This document shows, in pieces, positions 1-11,109 of a stretch of DNA of 64,000 bases; the stretch's first letter is position 1; the number at the start of each line of letters is the position of its first letter. The position numbers were made by a program, and so were the translations under genes. The stretch is from Mustelus asterias (lineage: Eukaryota). The notes below the pieces were generated by a model. That model saw only the letters and a list, made by a program, of their open reading frames with translations, did not search any database and was not told where the DNA came from. The stretch covers positions 104,098,001 through 104,162,000 of the forward strand of contig NC_135811.1 in the NCBI RefSeq assembly GCF_964213995.1. The letters are read 5' to 3'.

Positions 1-80
1 TCAACTACCCTCGGGCAACTAGCGACGGGCAATAAATGCTGGCTAGCCAGCGATGCCAATGTCCTGCGAATGAATAAAAA
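1..80 (+). mobile_element. 3' tail of a tRNA-head SINE (called SINE-B here), cut by the window edge
   Basis: GGGCAATAAATGCTGGCTAGCCAGCGATGCC...GAATGAATAAAAA matches the ends of the full copies at 17554 and 31714. Confidence 0.8.
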
Positions 81-319
81 GAGGTTATGGACAGGAGCTC
101 TAACCCACCGAAATGTGGGCTTGCATCCCAGTGAGAGACCACTACATAGTGGCAAATGTGGTCTTTAGGGCGAGACATTGAGTCAAGTTCCCCGTCTTCC
201 CTCGCAGGTGAGGGTAAAGGATCCCATGGCATGATTTCAAAGTGGAAGGGGGGAGTTCTCACTGGAACCTCAGCCAATATTCGTCCCTCAGTCAAATCAC
301 AAATTATCCGGTCAACTTT

Positions 320-768
320 TTCTTATTCATTGATAGGATGTGGGTGGGCCAGCATTTATTGCCCATCCCCGGGGACATTTAAGAGTCAACCATAATTGCT
401 GTGGCTCTGGAGACACATGTAGGCCAGACCAGGTAAGGATGGCAGATTTCCTTCCCTAAAGGACGTTCGTGAACCTGATGGGTTTTTAAACGACAATTGG
501 CAATGGTTTCATGGTCATCATTAGACTTTTAATTCCAGATTTTACCATCTGCTAAGGTGGAATTCGATCCCAGTTCCACGGAGCACCACCCTGGGGACGA
601 GATTTCACAGCTTCGTTCATCCCAAAATCGTAAAATCCCACACAAGGTCAATGGACCTTCCCATTGCCCGCCCCTCGATTCCTGTGGCGGGCCGGGCGGT
701 GAAATTCCAGCCAGAGTCTGTCTCTGGATTACTAATCCAGCGACAATACCACTGCGCTACTGCCTCCC
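320..768 (-). mobile_element. SINE-B copy containing a MITE-like insert
   Basis: Reverse-complement similarity to 17554-17909 along its length; foreign GC-rich block at about 593-711. Confidence 0.8.
593..711. mobile_element. Short GC-rich MITE-like element
   Basis: Imperfect terminal inverted repeats GGACGAGATTTCAC / GTGAAATTCCAGCC; interrupts SINE-B. Confidence 0.55.
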
Positions 769-1198
769 CATGTTGTTTGTGGGATCTTGCGGGCTTATCG
801 CATTTTCCACATTGCAATGGTGACTACATGTAAAAGGGCTCCATTGGTCGCTCTTGTGCTCTGGGAAGTCCTACGGTCTTGAAAGGTACCGCAGAGATAC
901 AAGACTTTCCATTATTCCCCTCCCCCCTTAAATTGAAGCAATTTCAATAATGGCTACACTGATCATAAAGAAGCTCAGGTTTCCAACTTGCTGGGTTGAC
1001 AAGAAATTAAACGATTGCGTTCGTTCATTCCCCAAATGAAAACTGATTGACAAAATGAGTATCCCTGGTGGCTCATTGGAGTCAGACTTGAGTCCAGTCT
1101 GTGCTGAGTCAGCTCATCTCAGCCGGGGAATCAATGACAAAATGAAATCCGATGTAGATTAATATTAAAGAGAGTGGAACAAAGGGACGGACCTAATG

Positions 1199-1320
1199 AA
1201 AAAACAGAAAATGCTAGCAACATGCGTCAGGCAGACAGCACCAGCAGAGAGAGAAACAGGGTCCACGTGTCAACATTAACTCAGTTTTTTCTCTCTCTTA
1301 CACTTGCTGCCAAACCAGCT
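1199..1320. mobile_element. Degenerate palindromic Penelope-like remnant
   Basis: AAAACAGAAAATGCT...GAGAGAGAAACAG arm followed by an inverted TTTCTCTCTC...TGCTGCC arm; same family as 18058-18408. Confidence 0.45.
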
Positions 1321-1962
1321 CAACCTACAGAAGCTCCATTTTGAACTGGTCTGGGAATGAAATCCAGCACCGAGTTGGATGTGTTGGGGAAGGAGGTGAC
1401 CAGTAGCGGATCACACAGATGTTGGGCATGGGACTCCGGCGTTGAAAAGTTCAGGAATGCCCCCTGACAGAGGTGACAACTCCACCCACCGATCAAACAC
1501 AATCAGCTCCAACGCAAAGTCGTGTTTTTGTCCAAACACAATTAGAAAATCACCTTTAATATGTTCACGTCAGATCTGGAAGGGGAATATTTACAGTTAC
1601 CACGGGCGAACACAGACTTTTGGAGTTATTTTGCTACTTGGCCGTTTCTCAGACGAGGACTTTGCCTGCCTTTCTCTTTCCAGCACAGACATTCTTTCTA
1701 CAAGCGATTATTAAATAAAGCCCTGGGGAGAATAGTCAAATTGTTAGCAGCTGACCAGCCAACACTTGGGAGGACAGAATATTTGTTGCAGCTTTCAAAA
1801 CTGGCACTGCTCTCTCCCGCAACCAGTGTTTTAAAACATCAAGCTTTCTGTCAAGTGGCTCTATCCCCTCACCCCGTGATCATAGCCTGGCAATGGAGAG
1901 TAGATCAACTTGCCAGGGCTATGTGGAGAAATTAGAAGAAATAAACTGTAAACTGGATGGGG

Positions 1963-2500
1963 NNNNNNNNNNNNNNNNNNNNNNNNNNNNNNNNNNNNNN
2001 NNNNNNNNNNNNNNNNNNNNNNNNNNNNNNNNNNNNNNNNNNNNNNNNNNNNNNNNNNNNNNNNNNNNNNNNNNNNNNNNNNNNNNNNNNNNNNNNNNNN
2101 NNNNNNNNNNNNNNNNNNNNNNNNNNNNNNNNNNNNNNNNNNNNNNNNNNNNNNNNNNNNNNNNNNNNNNNNNNNNNNNNNNNNNNNNNNNNNNNNNNNN
2201 NNNNNNNNNNNNNNNNNNNNNNNNNNNNNNNNNNNNNNNNNNNNNNNNNNNNNNNNNNNNNNNNNNNNNNNNNNNNNNNNNNNNNNNNNNNNNNNNNNNN
2301 NNNNNNNNNNNNNNNNNNNNNNNNNNNNNNNNNNNNNNNNNNNNNNNNNNNNNNNNNNNNNNNNNNNNNNNNNNNNNNNNNNNNNNNNNNNNNNNNNNNN
2401 NNNNNNNNNNNNNNNNNNNNNNNNNNNNNNNNNNNNNNNNNNNNNNNNNNNNNNNNNNNNNNNNNNNNNNNNNNNNNNNNNNNNNNNNNNNNNNNNNNNN
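1963..2500. other. Assembly gap (538 N)
   Basis: Run of N. Confidence 1.
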
Positions 2501-3038
2501 GACCGAGACAGAGAGAGAGAGACACACACACACACAGGGAGAGAGAGAGAAACAGAGGAGAGGGACCGAGACAGAGAGAGAGAGACACACACACACACAC
2601 AGGGAGAGAGAGAGAAACAGAGGAGAGGGACCGAGACACACGCACAGGGGGAGGGACCGAGACACACGCACAGGGGGGAGAGGGACAGAGACACACGCAC
2701 AGGGGGTAGAGGGACAGAGACACACGCACAGGGGGGAGAGGGACAGAGACACACGCACAGGGGGGAGAGGGACAGAGACACACGCACAGGGGGGAGAGGG
2801 ACAGAGACACACGCACAGGGGGGAGAGGGACAGAGACACACGCACAGGGGGGAGAGGGACAGAGACACACGCACAGGGGGGAAGAGGGACAGAGACACAC
2901 GCACAGGGGGGAGAGGGATAGAGACACACGCACAGGGGGGAGAGGGACAGAGACACATGCACAGGGGGGAGAGGAACAGAGACACACGCACGGGGGGGAG
3001 AGGGACAGAGACACACGCACAGGGGGAGAGGGACAGAG
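2501..3038. repeat. Minisatellite with a 30-bp unit (GGGGGGAGAGGGACAGAGACACACGCACA-like); longer AG/AC-expanded units at 2501-2630
   Basis: Directly visible tandem array that runs into the gap. Confidence 0.95.
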
Positions 3039-3984
3039 AGTGAGAGCTTTTCCTCCTCTCTGCCACATGAGGGTATCCCCTTTCACCACCCCACACAAGA
3101 AAAAACTAACATGAATAATAACATATAATTTTTAAGAAGAAAAAGGCCCAGGGGAGAAGACGACAACAAGCCACAAGATAAGGGCAAGGCATCTCAGGGA
3201 GCAACAAGGGTTGGACGTGAGCTGAAAGAAACGTGGCAGAGCACGAAGATAAGGGGACGTGTCCTCTCTCTGTCTGGCCCCAAAAATCACACTGAATTTA
3301 CATACACAAACAGCACGTTCAGCCCAACTGGACGATACTGGTGCATAAGCTCCACACAAGCCTCCCTTTTTTACCTCACCCTCCACACCAAAGGGAGACG
3401 CCTAGTCAGTGCCGGCTATGTCAGGGTACATTTTGGGCACAAACTTGGTGAACAAGTCTGTAAAAAAAATTATTCAGTAAATGGTACAGTTGGATGTGTC
3501 ATAACAAAACTACCCATCCACTGTAATCGCCAAATGTTATTTTCCAAAAGGAGTTTACTTAATTTGCATTCCGATTGCCTCAACACAACCTGCTTTCACC
3601 ATCTCCCATCTGTCCCGTTAATTGGATACTCGGTCTCTGAAATATTGTTTTCAGAGATTGGTTTTGAATTAAAATCTTACAGGCAGTTTTTAAATCTGAG
3701 GTTTCCAGGTCTTGACCAAGGCTCGAACTTCTTTGGACACCACAAATAGCCCATGTCTGTGTATCGTTCCTGGCTTGTCTACAGGTTTGTACTAACTAGT
3801 GACATTCTCCATGTTAATTTGACAGATTCAAGGTCAGTTCATGCAAAGATATGGAAAACATACAGGCTCCACCGATTGTGGAAATGTGGCAGTTTGTATT
3901 TGCCTAGTGCAATCAAAGGCTAAAATAAAGACAATTCGAGTAGATGTAGGTCCCTCTCAAGAGGCTAAAGTCAAGCCATGTGGT

Positions 3985-4329
3985 TCATAGAATCCCTCCA
4001 GTGCACTAGGAGGCCATTCAGCCCATCGAGTCTGGATCGACTCTCCGACAGAGCTTCTTACCCAGGTCCTATCCCTGTAACTCCACATAGTTACCCCACT
4101 AATCCCCCTCACCTACACATCTTTGGACACTAAGGGGGCAATTTAGCATGGCCAATCCACCTAACCTGCACATCTTTGGACTGAGGGGGGAAACTGGAGC
4201 ACCCGGAGGAAACCAACGCAGAACGGGGAGAACTTGCAAACTCCACACAGTTACCCAAAGCCGGGAATCGAACCCGAGTCCCTAATGCTGTGAGGCAGCA
4301 GTGCTAACCACTGTGCCACCGTGCCACCC
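3985..4329 (-). mobile_element. HE1-type V-SINE with CR1-type tail
   Basis: tRNA-like head (box A TGGCACAGTGG, box B GGTTCGATTCC), V core, and GATGGGCTGAATGGCCTCC...TTCTATGA tail. Confidence 0.9.
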
Positions 4330-4334
4330 AGCAA

Positions 4335-4760
4335 CATGGTTGGCAGCATTCCTGCCTCCAGCTCAGAAGGTTGCGGGTTCAAGTCCAACTCCAGGGACTT
4401 GACATAAACTTCAGGCTGGCATGCTCAGTGCAGCGCCAAGGGTGTGCTGTTGGCAGACGTGCCATCCTTTGGATGAGACGTAAACCGAGGACCTGTCAGC
4501 CATTTCAGGTGGACGCAAAAGATCCCATGGCATTAACAAGAAGAGCAGTAGCGTGATCCTGGGTTCCCCGACCAATATTTATTCCTCAACCAACATTACT
4601 AAGACAAGTCATCCAGTCAATATCACATTTCTGTTTAAAGACCTTGTGGGTACAAAATTAGCTGCCACATTTCAACACATCAAAGGTGCTGCAACAGTTA
4701 TGAAATATTTTGGGATGTCCAGAGGCTAAGAAAGGTTCTATATAAATGCAACCTGTTCCT
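4335..4760 (+). mobile_element. DeuSINE (SacSINE1-like)
   Basis: GGATGAGACGTAAACCGAGG...AAAGATCCCATGGCA Deu-type core; ends CTATATAAATGCAA. Confidence 0.75.
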
Positions 4761-4793
4761 TCTAGTTAATGCAGCTCCAGATGCCAATATATA

Positions 4794-5058
4794 GGGTGGC
4801 ACGGTTAGCACTGCTGCCTCAAGCATCAGGGATCCGATTCCCGGCTTGGGTCACTATGCAGAATTTGCATGTTCTTCCTGCATCTGTGGGGGTTTCCTCC
4901 GGTTTCCTCCCACAGTCCGAAAGATGTGCTGGTTAGGTGCATTGACCACGCTAAATTCTCCCTCAGTGTACCCGGAGTGTGGCGACTCGGGGATTTTCAC
5001 AGTAACTTCATTGCAGTGTTAATGTAAGCCTACTTGTGACACTAATCAATAAACTTTT
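4794..5058 (+). mobile_element. V-SINE with alternative tail type 2
   Basis: HE1 head and core, then AAATTCTCCCTCAGTGTACCC...CACAGTAACTTCATTGCAGTGTTAATGTAAGCCTACTTGTGACACTAATCAATAAACTTT. Confidence 0.85.
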
Positions 5059-5520
5059 TATAAATTCAGTTTTCTTATGTTGGCTGCAAGATACATTAGG
5101 TACAAGATCCAAGCTGTATATTTCAGGTACTGAAACAGTTTCAAGAACGTAACAGCCACAGGGAATTTTTAAACCACTGCAAATTGGGGGAAGCCACAAA
5201 CTGCCCAAACCTTGCCCCGAATGGTATCAGGCAAGTTTCTAGACGCCTTACAAGAGGGAACGGCAAACCCAGGCTGCTCCAATCATATTTAAGGATGTTC
5301 TCTGCTGCAGATTCAAATTTGAAACTTGAACCCAGGTCAGATTTGGGAGTGAATTTCACACAGTCGCTCAGATCAAATCAGACACAAAAGGCAACTTTAA
5401 AATTGTCTCCTTTTTAATGAGAAGCTGGGATCTAATGGGTCACTTATTCAACACATTAATTCCTCATGCATGCCAACCAATATCTGAGGAGCCATTAATT
5501 GGGATTTTCAAACACAAACA

Positions 5521-5836
5521 AATCATAGAATCAGAGTCCGTACAGTGCAGAAGGAGGCCATTCGGCCCATCGAGTCTGTACCGACCACAATCCCTATTCC
5601 TGTAACCTCACTTGTTTACCCTGCTAATCCCCCTGACACTAGGGTCAATTTAGCACGGCCAATCAACCTAACCCACGCACCTTTGGATTGTGGGAGAAAA
5701 CCGGAGCACCCGGAGGAAACCCACACATTCATGGGGAGAACGTGCAAACTCCACACAGATAGTGACCCGAGACGGGAATTGAACCCGGGTCCCTGGAGCT
5801 GTGGGGCAGCAGTGCTAACCACTGTGCCACCGTGCC
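5521..5836 (-). mobile_element. HE1-type V-SINE with CR1-type tail
   Basis: Near full-length match to the other HE1 copies. Confidence 0.9.
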
Positions 5837-6244
5837 TGGTCCCTAAACGTGAAAATGTCTTCTGCTAATGGACCCACTTTTTAATTCTAATATTTCCTAG
5901 TTATATTCCTGATATCCTGGCCTACACTGCTCCACTCAACCCTACACCCTCGCCCACAGCACCCTACCCCTTTACCCCACCCTCGCCCACCTTGCCCTGC
6001 TCAACCCTATACCTTCAGCCACCCTGCCCCATCCGACCTCTTCACCCCATTCTCAGCCATCCTGCCCCAGGAGTAACATTTAACTGGATTGGAAAGGAAC
6101 TCCTCATCGCTTTGTCCTGTTGCCAGGCTCTGGAGCAGAGATTGAAATGGAAGCCGCAGGAGCAGGTCTGGACATCAAATCTGACCTCTTATTCAGCCCT
6201 CAAAGCTGCAGTCACCTCACTGCACATCAAGGGAAACAAATAAA

Positions 6245-6655
6245 TAAACTTCCATTTATATGGCACCCTGCCTGTGCTCACGACATCCCATAGTGCTTTA
6301 CAGTCAATGGAGTACTTTGAAGTCATTGTTGCAATGTAGGAAACACTGCAGCCAAAGTGCATACAGCAAGATCCCACATAGAACAACATGTTATCTGGTT
6401 ATCATCTATTTAATAACCAGATAATCTCCTCGAGTGCTGTCGCTCGAGGGATGAATACTGGCCAGACCATTTGCAAGAATTCCCCTTCCTCTAATAACGT
6501 CGTGGGATCTTTTGTATCCATCAGAGAGAGCAGGCAGGGCCTCCGTTTAATGTCTCAGCTGAAAGACGGTATCTGCAACAGTGCAGCACCCCCTCAGCAA
6601 TACACAGAGTATACCGTACAGAGAGATCAGCCTAGGGTATGCACCAAGGTCTCTA
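6245..6655 (-). mobile_element. DeuSINE (SacSINE1-like)
   Basis: Reverse complement of the Deu core (GGGATCTTTT, CTGAAAGACGG) and tail (CATTTATATGGCACC). Confidence 0.7.
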
Positions 6656-8344
6656 AGAAATCAAGCACCAGGCTGTAAGAAAGGGAGCTGTTCACTGCAA
6701 TTGCCCATTTGCAGATGGCTTTGTCTGCAACAGTATGATAGGCCATGAGCTGTTCGATACTCTCTTTCTGATGTTGGCAGGTTATAGGTAAGTACATCAG
6801 CATCCCACCATGAGGGAAGGGTATTCCAACAATCAGCCATTTGACACAAGGTGCAGCACAGATTAGGCATGATCTCATTGAAAGACAGAACAGACTCCAT
6901 GGGCCGAATGGCCTCCATTTGTTCCCATGTCTTATGGTCTTTTATGGTGTCATGAATTTGTCATAAAAGGAAACTCCATTATCTTGCCTCGCCAAAAAGA
7001 AAATAAAATCCTTCTCTCTCCTTAATTGTTTAGCTTAGTTTATTGGAGTTTAAAAGAGTGGGGGGATGACCTGATTGGAGCCTATAAGATCCTGAACAGT
7101 CTGGTCCCTGGCGTTGTGAGGCACTGTGCCGCCCCATTTAGTTATGTACGGCACGACTCAAAAGTCAAACCCTTTTTTCATTCCGTGTCCACACATTTAG
7201 TTTGGGGGGTGTCACAAGAATATTGCCCGTCCCCCCAGGGAAGCCACTGTTGCGAGGTGCAGCAGCTCAAGTTGTCTTCAGCTAAATCAATGCACCCTCG
7301 AGAAACAAACCTGGGACCTTCTGATTTGATCGAATTGGCGACTGTCATGGATGTGATTTGGCAGCCATTTTTGTACAAAGTAAGATCCCACACATGGCAA
7401 TGGGATGGTCAGTCCATCTATTTTTTTTGATAAAGTCGTGTTATTTGAGAGAGGAATGCTGGCCAGGAAGAACATTGGACTCGGATTGTCTGCAAGTACT
7501 TGCAGAACCATAGAGAGAAAACACCACAAATTTTGAAAATAACTTGGAACTACACTTATCTTTCAAGGCGTGCGGCAAAAGGAAAAACATAGCTGCCCAT
7601 AAAATGCTAATGCATTTTGTTTTACTAAAAAGCAAAACAGACCAATGTACAAATTTTATTCCAAGTTAATTTGCTTATTGGAATGAAATAGAGCTGTTCC
7701 TGCAAATGAGTAACTTCTTGCAAATAGTTTCAGATTAACAACAATCTGAGGTATGAATAAACAAAGGAAGTGAAATCTTCATGCCGGCATGGAAATTGAC
7801 CGTGTCACTTCCTGTTATGAAAGCAGAAACAAAAGTTAACTACTGTGGAAAGCGTAGTTTTGACTCCAAACGCCAAATAAGGCCTCAGCCCAGCGATCTC
7901 AAAACACAACCAAAACCTAGCTTCCAGCGTTCTACACTATAATTAAATGTATAGATTATCATCACTCAAACACTCCCAGATGCTACAAAACACTGGGAAA
8001 GTCTGGCGAGCGAGGAGGACAGTCAAACAACAAGGGCAAAAGGACCTTCAGCAAGAAAGCTGCCCACGGCTTGGATTGTCCTTGCCTGATATGAGCTGTT
8101 GCAGCAGTATCACAGTCAGCTGTTCGCCAAGGCCATACATTGCTCGTGATACATTCAAAACAGCCTGTAGGCGCTGCACCTCTACAGTGCCACAGAGCAC
8201 CGAGGACATGAGGGTTCCTCAGTCTGACCCAAGTCATCTCAACTCAGCAAGGCCATGGTCAACAGAGTTGAAATTTCAACTCCACACATCTGGGCAGCAC
8301 TTGGAGGTGCTTTCAATGGCGCCAGTGGGCAACATAGTCACCTC

Positions 8345-9090
8345 CATGTCACAAGGTTAAGTATACAAGTCCCACATTGGAGACTGGAGTACAAAATCCA
8401 GGATAACACTCCAGTGCAGTACTGGAAAGAGGGGAGGCAATGACGCAGTGATATTGTCACCGGTCTAGTAATCCAGAGATCCAGGGCAATATCTGGGGAC
8501 CCAGGTTCAAATCCCACAACGCCAGATGGTGAAATCTGAATTCAATAAAATCTGAAATTAAAAGTCTAATGAGGATCATAAAACCATTGTCATTTGTTGG
8601 AAAAAGTAATGTCCTTTAGGGAAGGAAATCTGCCGTCATTACCTGGTCTCCAGATCCACACAATGTGGTTGACTCTCAAATGCCCTGTCAGATGGAGGAT
8701 GGTTAGAGATGGGCATTAAATGCTGGCCAAGCCGGCAACAACCATATCCCATAAATTAATTTTTAAAAACTGCAGGAGTGCCGCACTGTCGGACAAGACC
8801 TCAAACCAAGAGTTCACCTACCCTCTCGGGTGGATGAAAAAGATGCAGAAGAAAAGCAGGGGGGGATTCCCCACTGGTATCATGGTCAATATTTAGCCCT
8901 CAAAATATCATTGATTAAAAGCAGGTTATTATCTGCTTTCTACTTGTGGCAGCTTGCTGTGCACAATCTGGCTGTTGCTTTGCCTTGATTGCAACAATGA
9001 CTACACTTCACAAAGAGCTTCATTGGCTTTGAAATACTTTGGAACATCCTGGAGTTGTAAAAGACACAACGGAATTGTAAGACTTCCTTT
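8345..9090 (+). mobile_element. DeuSINE (SacSINE1-like), split by SINE-B
   Basis: CACTCCAGTGCAGTACTG before 8431; GGAGTGCCGCACTGTCGGA resumes at about 8775. Confidence 0.7.
8431..8765 (+). mobile_element. SINE-B copy
   Basis: GGGAGGCAATGACGCAGTG head, GGTTCAAATCC box B, GGAAGGAAATCTGCC core, tail. Confidence 0.8.
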
Positions 9091-9815
9091 CACATCACAG
9101 GAGTGTTTTAGAGAAACCGGCATTCCTCCAGCATCCGAGGAAAGTTCCCATTTTCCACAATTGGATTATTCGACTCAGTGGGCAGAAGACCAGAGAGCTT
9201 TAGTTCCTCTTTGACTGCTATCCAGTTAAGGGGAAGTGGGCAGGTGACAGTCAATGAGAGAGAATAGATCTTTTCTCCTCACACAACCCAGCAATACACT
9301 TACTTTTAAATTCTATCTTCAAAGTGTGTTGGTGTGTTGTGTGGAGGGAAAGAACAGAAAGGGTTTCCTTCCACTAAAGGATGTTGAGAATGCACAACTC
9401 TCCAGGCAGAATAAGTTTGCAGAACTCATTATATTTTTTTGGTAAAAACACAGAAATGAGATCATTCTCCAAGAGGAATTACTGAAGGGATTGGGGAGCG
9501 AGCTGAAGTTTGCATGAGGTGAAACATGAAGCAAAGCGCCAAGACAGTCCCAATAGGCTAAATGGCCCGTTGCTGCATTGCAACTTTCCAAAATTCTCCG
9601 AATGCAAAGTTCTGTGGTCAGCAATAAGAGGAAACATAAAGAATCCGAGGTCCGTCATTCCAACAAGAGCAGGAATCCCTCATGTAGCAATGGAAGTGGG
9701 GGAAGCTGCGTGCTAAAACAAAGGGGGCACAGTACAACACAAGGGCCAAGGGTTTCCAATCCCCTAGGACCCCTTGACAGATCAATAAAAGTGCTCCGCG
9801 CTTCTCCCAGATCAG

Positions 9816-9825
9816 CTATAAATAG
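9816..9825. promoter_or_regulatory. MEF2 consensus site CTATAAATAG in a repeat-free block
   Basis: Exact CTA(A/T)4TAG match; function unproven. Confidence 0.3.
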
Positions 9826-10324
9826 CAGCAGGCTCCCGGGGCAAAAATTCTTAGAAATGCCTTTATTGTTCTAACACGAGGCCCAATCGACTGCACAGGA
9901 AAGCCCCCTCCGCAGCAGCGCACATTTTTATTTTCCCACAATTTTCCAGCCATATGGTGCAGGGGCTGAGAGCGGGGGTTGGGGGGGGGGGGGGGGGGGG
10001 GGAAGGGGAGGTGGAGCTGAATCACAGCCAAATGCACAAATATTCTTGTGCCGTGGACTCACTGGGATCTTGAAATTAACAGTCAAGTCAGTCTGACTAA
10101 CGGCTAAACGTGACCACAGAAAACCGAAAGATGGGAAGCTGTCACGTTTACCAGGATGAAGTGTTATGGAACTCGTAAGAAAATGTCACTTCATTTCAGG
10201 GAAACGAATTAGCCGCAGACTCCAAGAACTTATCTAGATACAACATTTCCAATGACTCAGGATTGATCATTGGATCCAGGTTCGTTCTCACTGCAGTTAT
10301 ATCTGTAATTACAAAAATAGCAGA

Positions 10325-10615
10325 TCTGTAGCACCTTCCACAGTATAAGAGCTTCCAAAAACACGTTGCGGCCAATGAAGTACATTTGTAATGTAGTCAC
10401 TACTGTAATGTAGAAAACCTTGGCACGCAAGTTCCCACATGCAGCAGATGATCTATCTTTTCGGGATGCTGGTTGAGTGATAAATATTGGCCAGGACACT
10501 GGAAAAAAAATCTCCCTGGCTTCAATACAGTGCCATGAATTTTTTTATATCCACAAGAGAACACAGATGGGCCTTGGTTTAACATCACATTATCACATTG
10601 CAAAGACAGCACCGT
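10325..10615 (-). mobile_element. DeuSINE (SacSINE1-like), partial
   Basis: Reverse-complement tail (GTAGTCACTACTGTAATGTAG) and core (ATAAATATTGGCCAGGACAC). Confidence 0.7.
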
Positions 10616-10797
10616 GTCCAATATAGCTCTCCTTTCAGTAACTGCACTTGCTTGAACCCCAGTTTTCTTTTTTCTATTTACAGGACGTGGACTTCGCTGG
10701 CCAGGCCCAACATCTGTTGCCCGTCCCGAGCTGCCCTTCAGAAGGTGGTGGTGAGCTGCCTTCTTGAACCGTTGCAGTCCCTGACGTGTAGGTACAC

Positions 10798-10990
10798 ATG
10801 ATGTAGAGATGCCGGCGTTGGACTGGGGTAAACACAGTAAGAAGTCTCACAACACCAGGTTAAAGTCCAACAGGTTTATTTGGTAGCAAATACCATAAGC
10901 TTTCAAGGAGCAGCGCTCCGAAAGCTTATGGTATTTGCTACCAAATAAATCTGTTGGACTTTAACCTGGTGTTGTGAGACTTCTTACTGT
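10798..10990. mobile_element. Penelope-like inverted terminal-repeat element with a hammerhead remnant
   Basis: 71-bp inverted arms at 10834-10904 and 10920-10990; the loop carries GGAGC-AGC-GCTCC-GAAA; TSD-like TGTAGGTACAC / TGTAGGCACAC. Confidence 0.7.
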
Positions 10991-11109
10991 AGGCACACCC
11001 ACAGTGTTGTTTGAGAGGGAATTCTAGGATTTTGACCCAGTGACAGTGAAGGAACAGCGATATATGTCCAAGTCGGATGGTGAGTGATTGAAGGGGAACT
11101 TCCAGGTTG

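Larger units (their letters stand above)
90..910 (+). mobile_element. Old DeuSINE (SacSINE1-like), interrupted by SINE-B
   Basis: Degenerate AAAGGATCCCATGGCA core near 216-231; TGTTTGTGGGATCTTGC...GTGACTAC tail resumes at about 770. Confidence 0.5.

Noticed and set aside
2625-3038. CRISPR-like 30-bp periodicity
   Set aside because: The units are contiguous with no unique spacers, there are no cas genes, and the context is eukaryotic.
1861-3098. Long ORFs of 250-411 aa
   Set aside because: They are artefacts of the N gap and the stop-free minisatellite.
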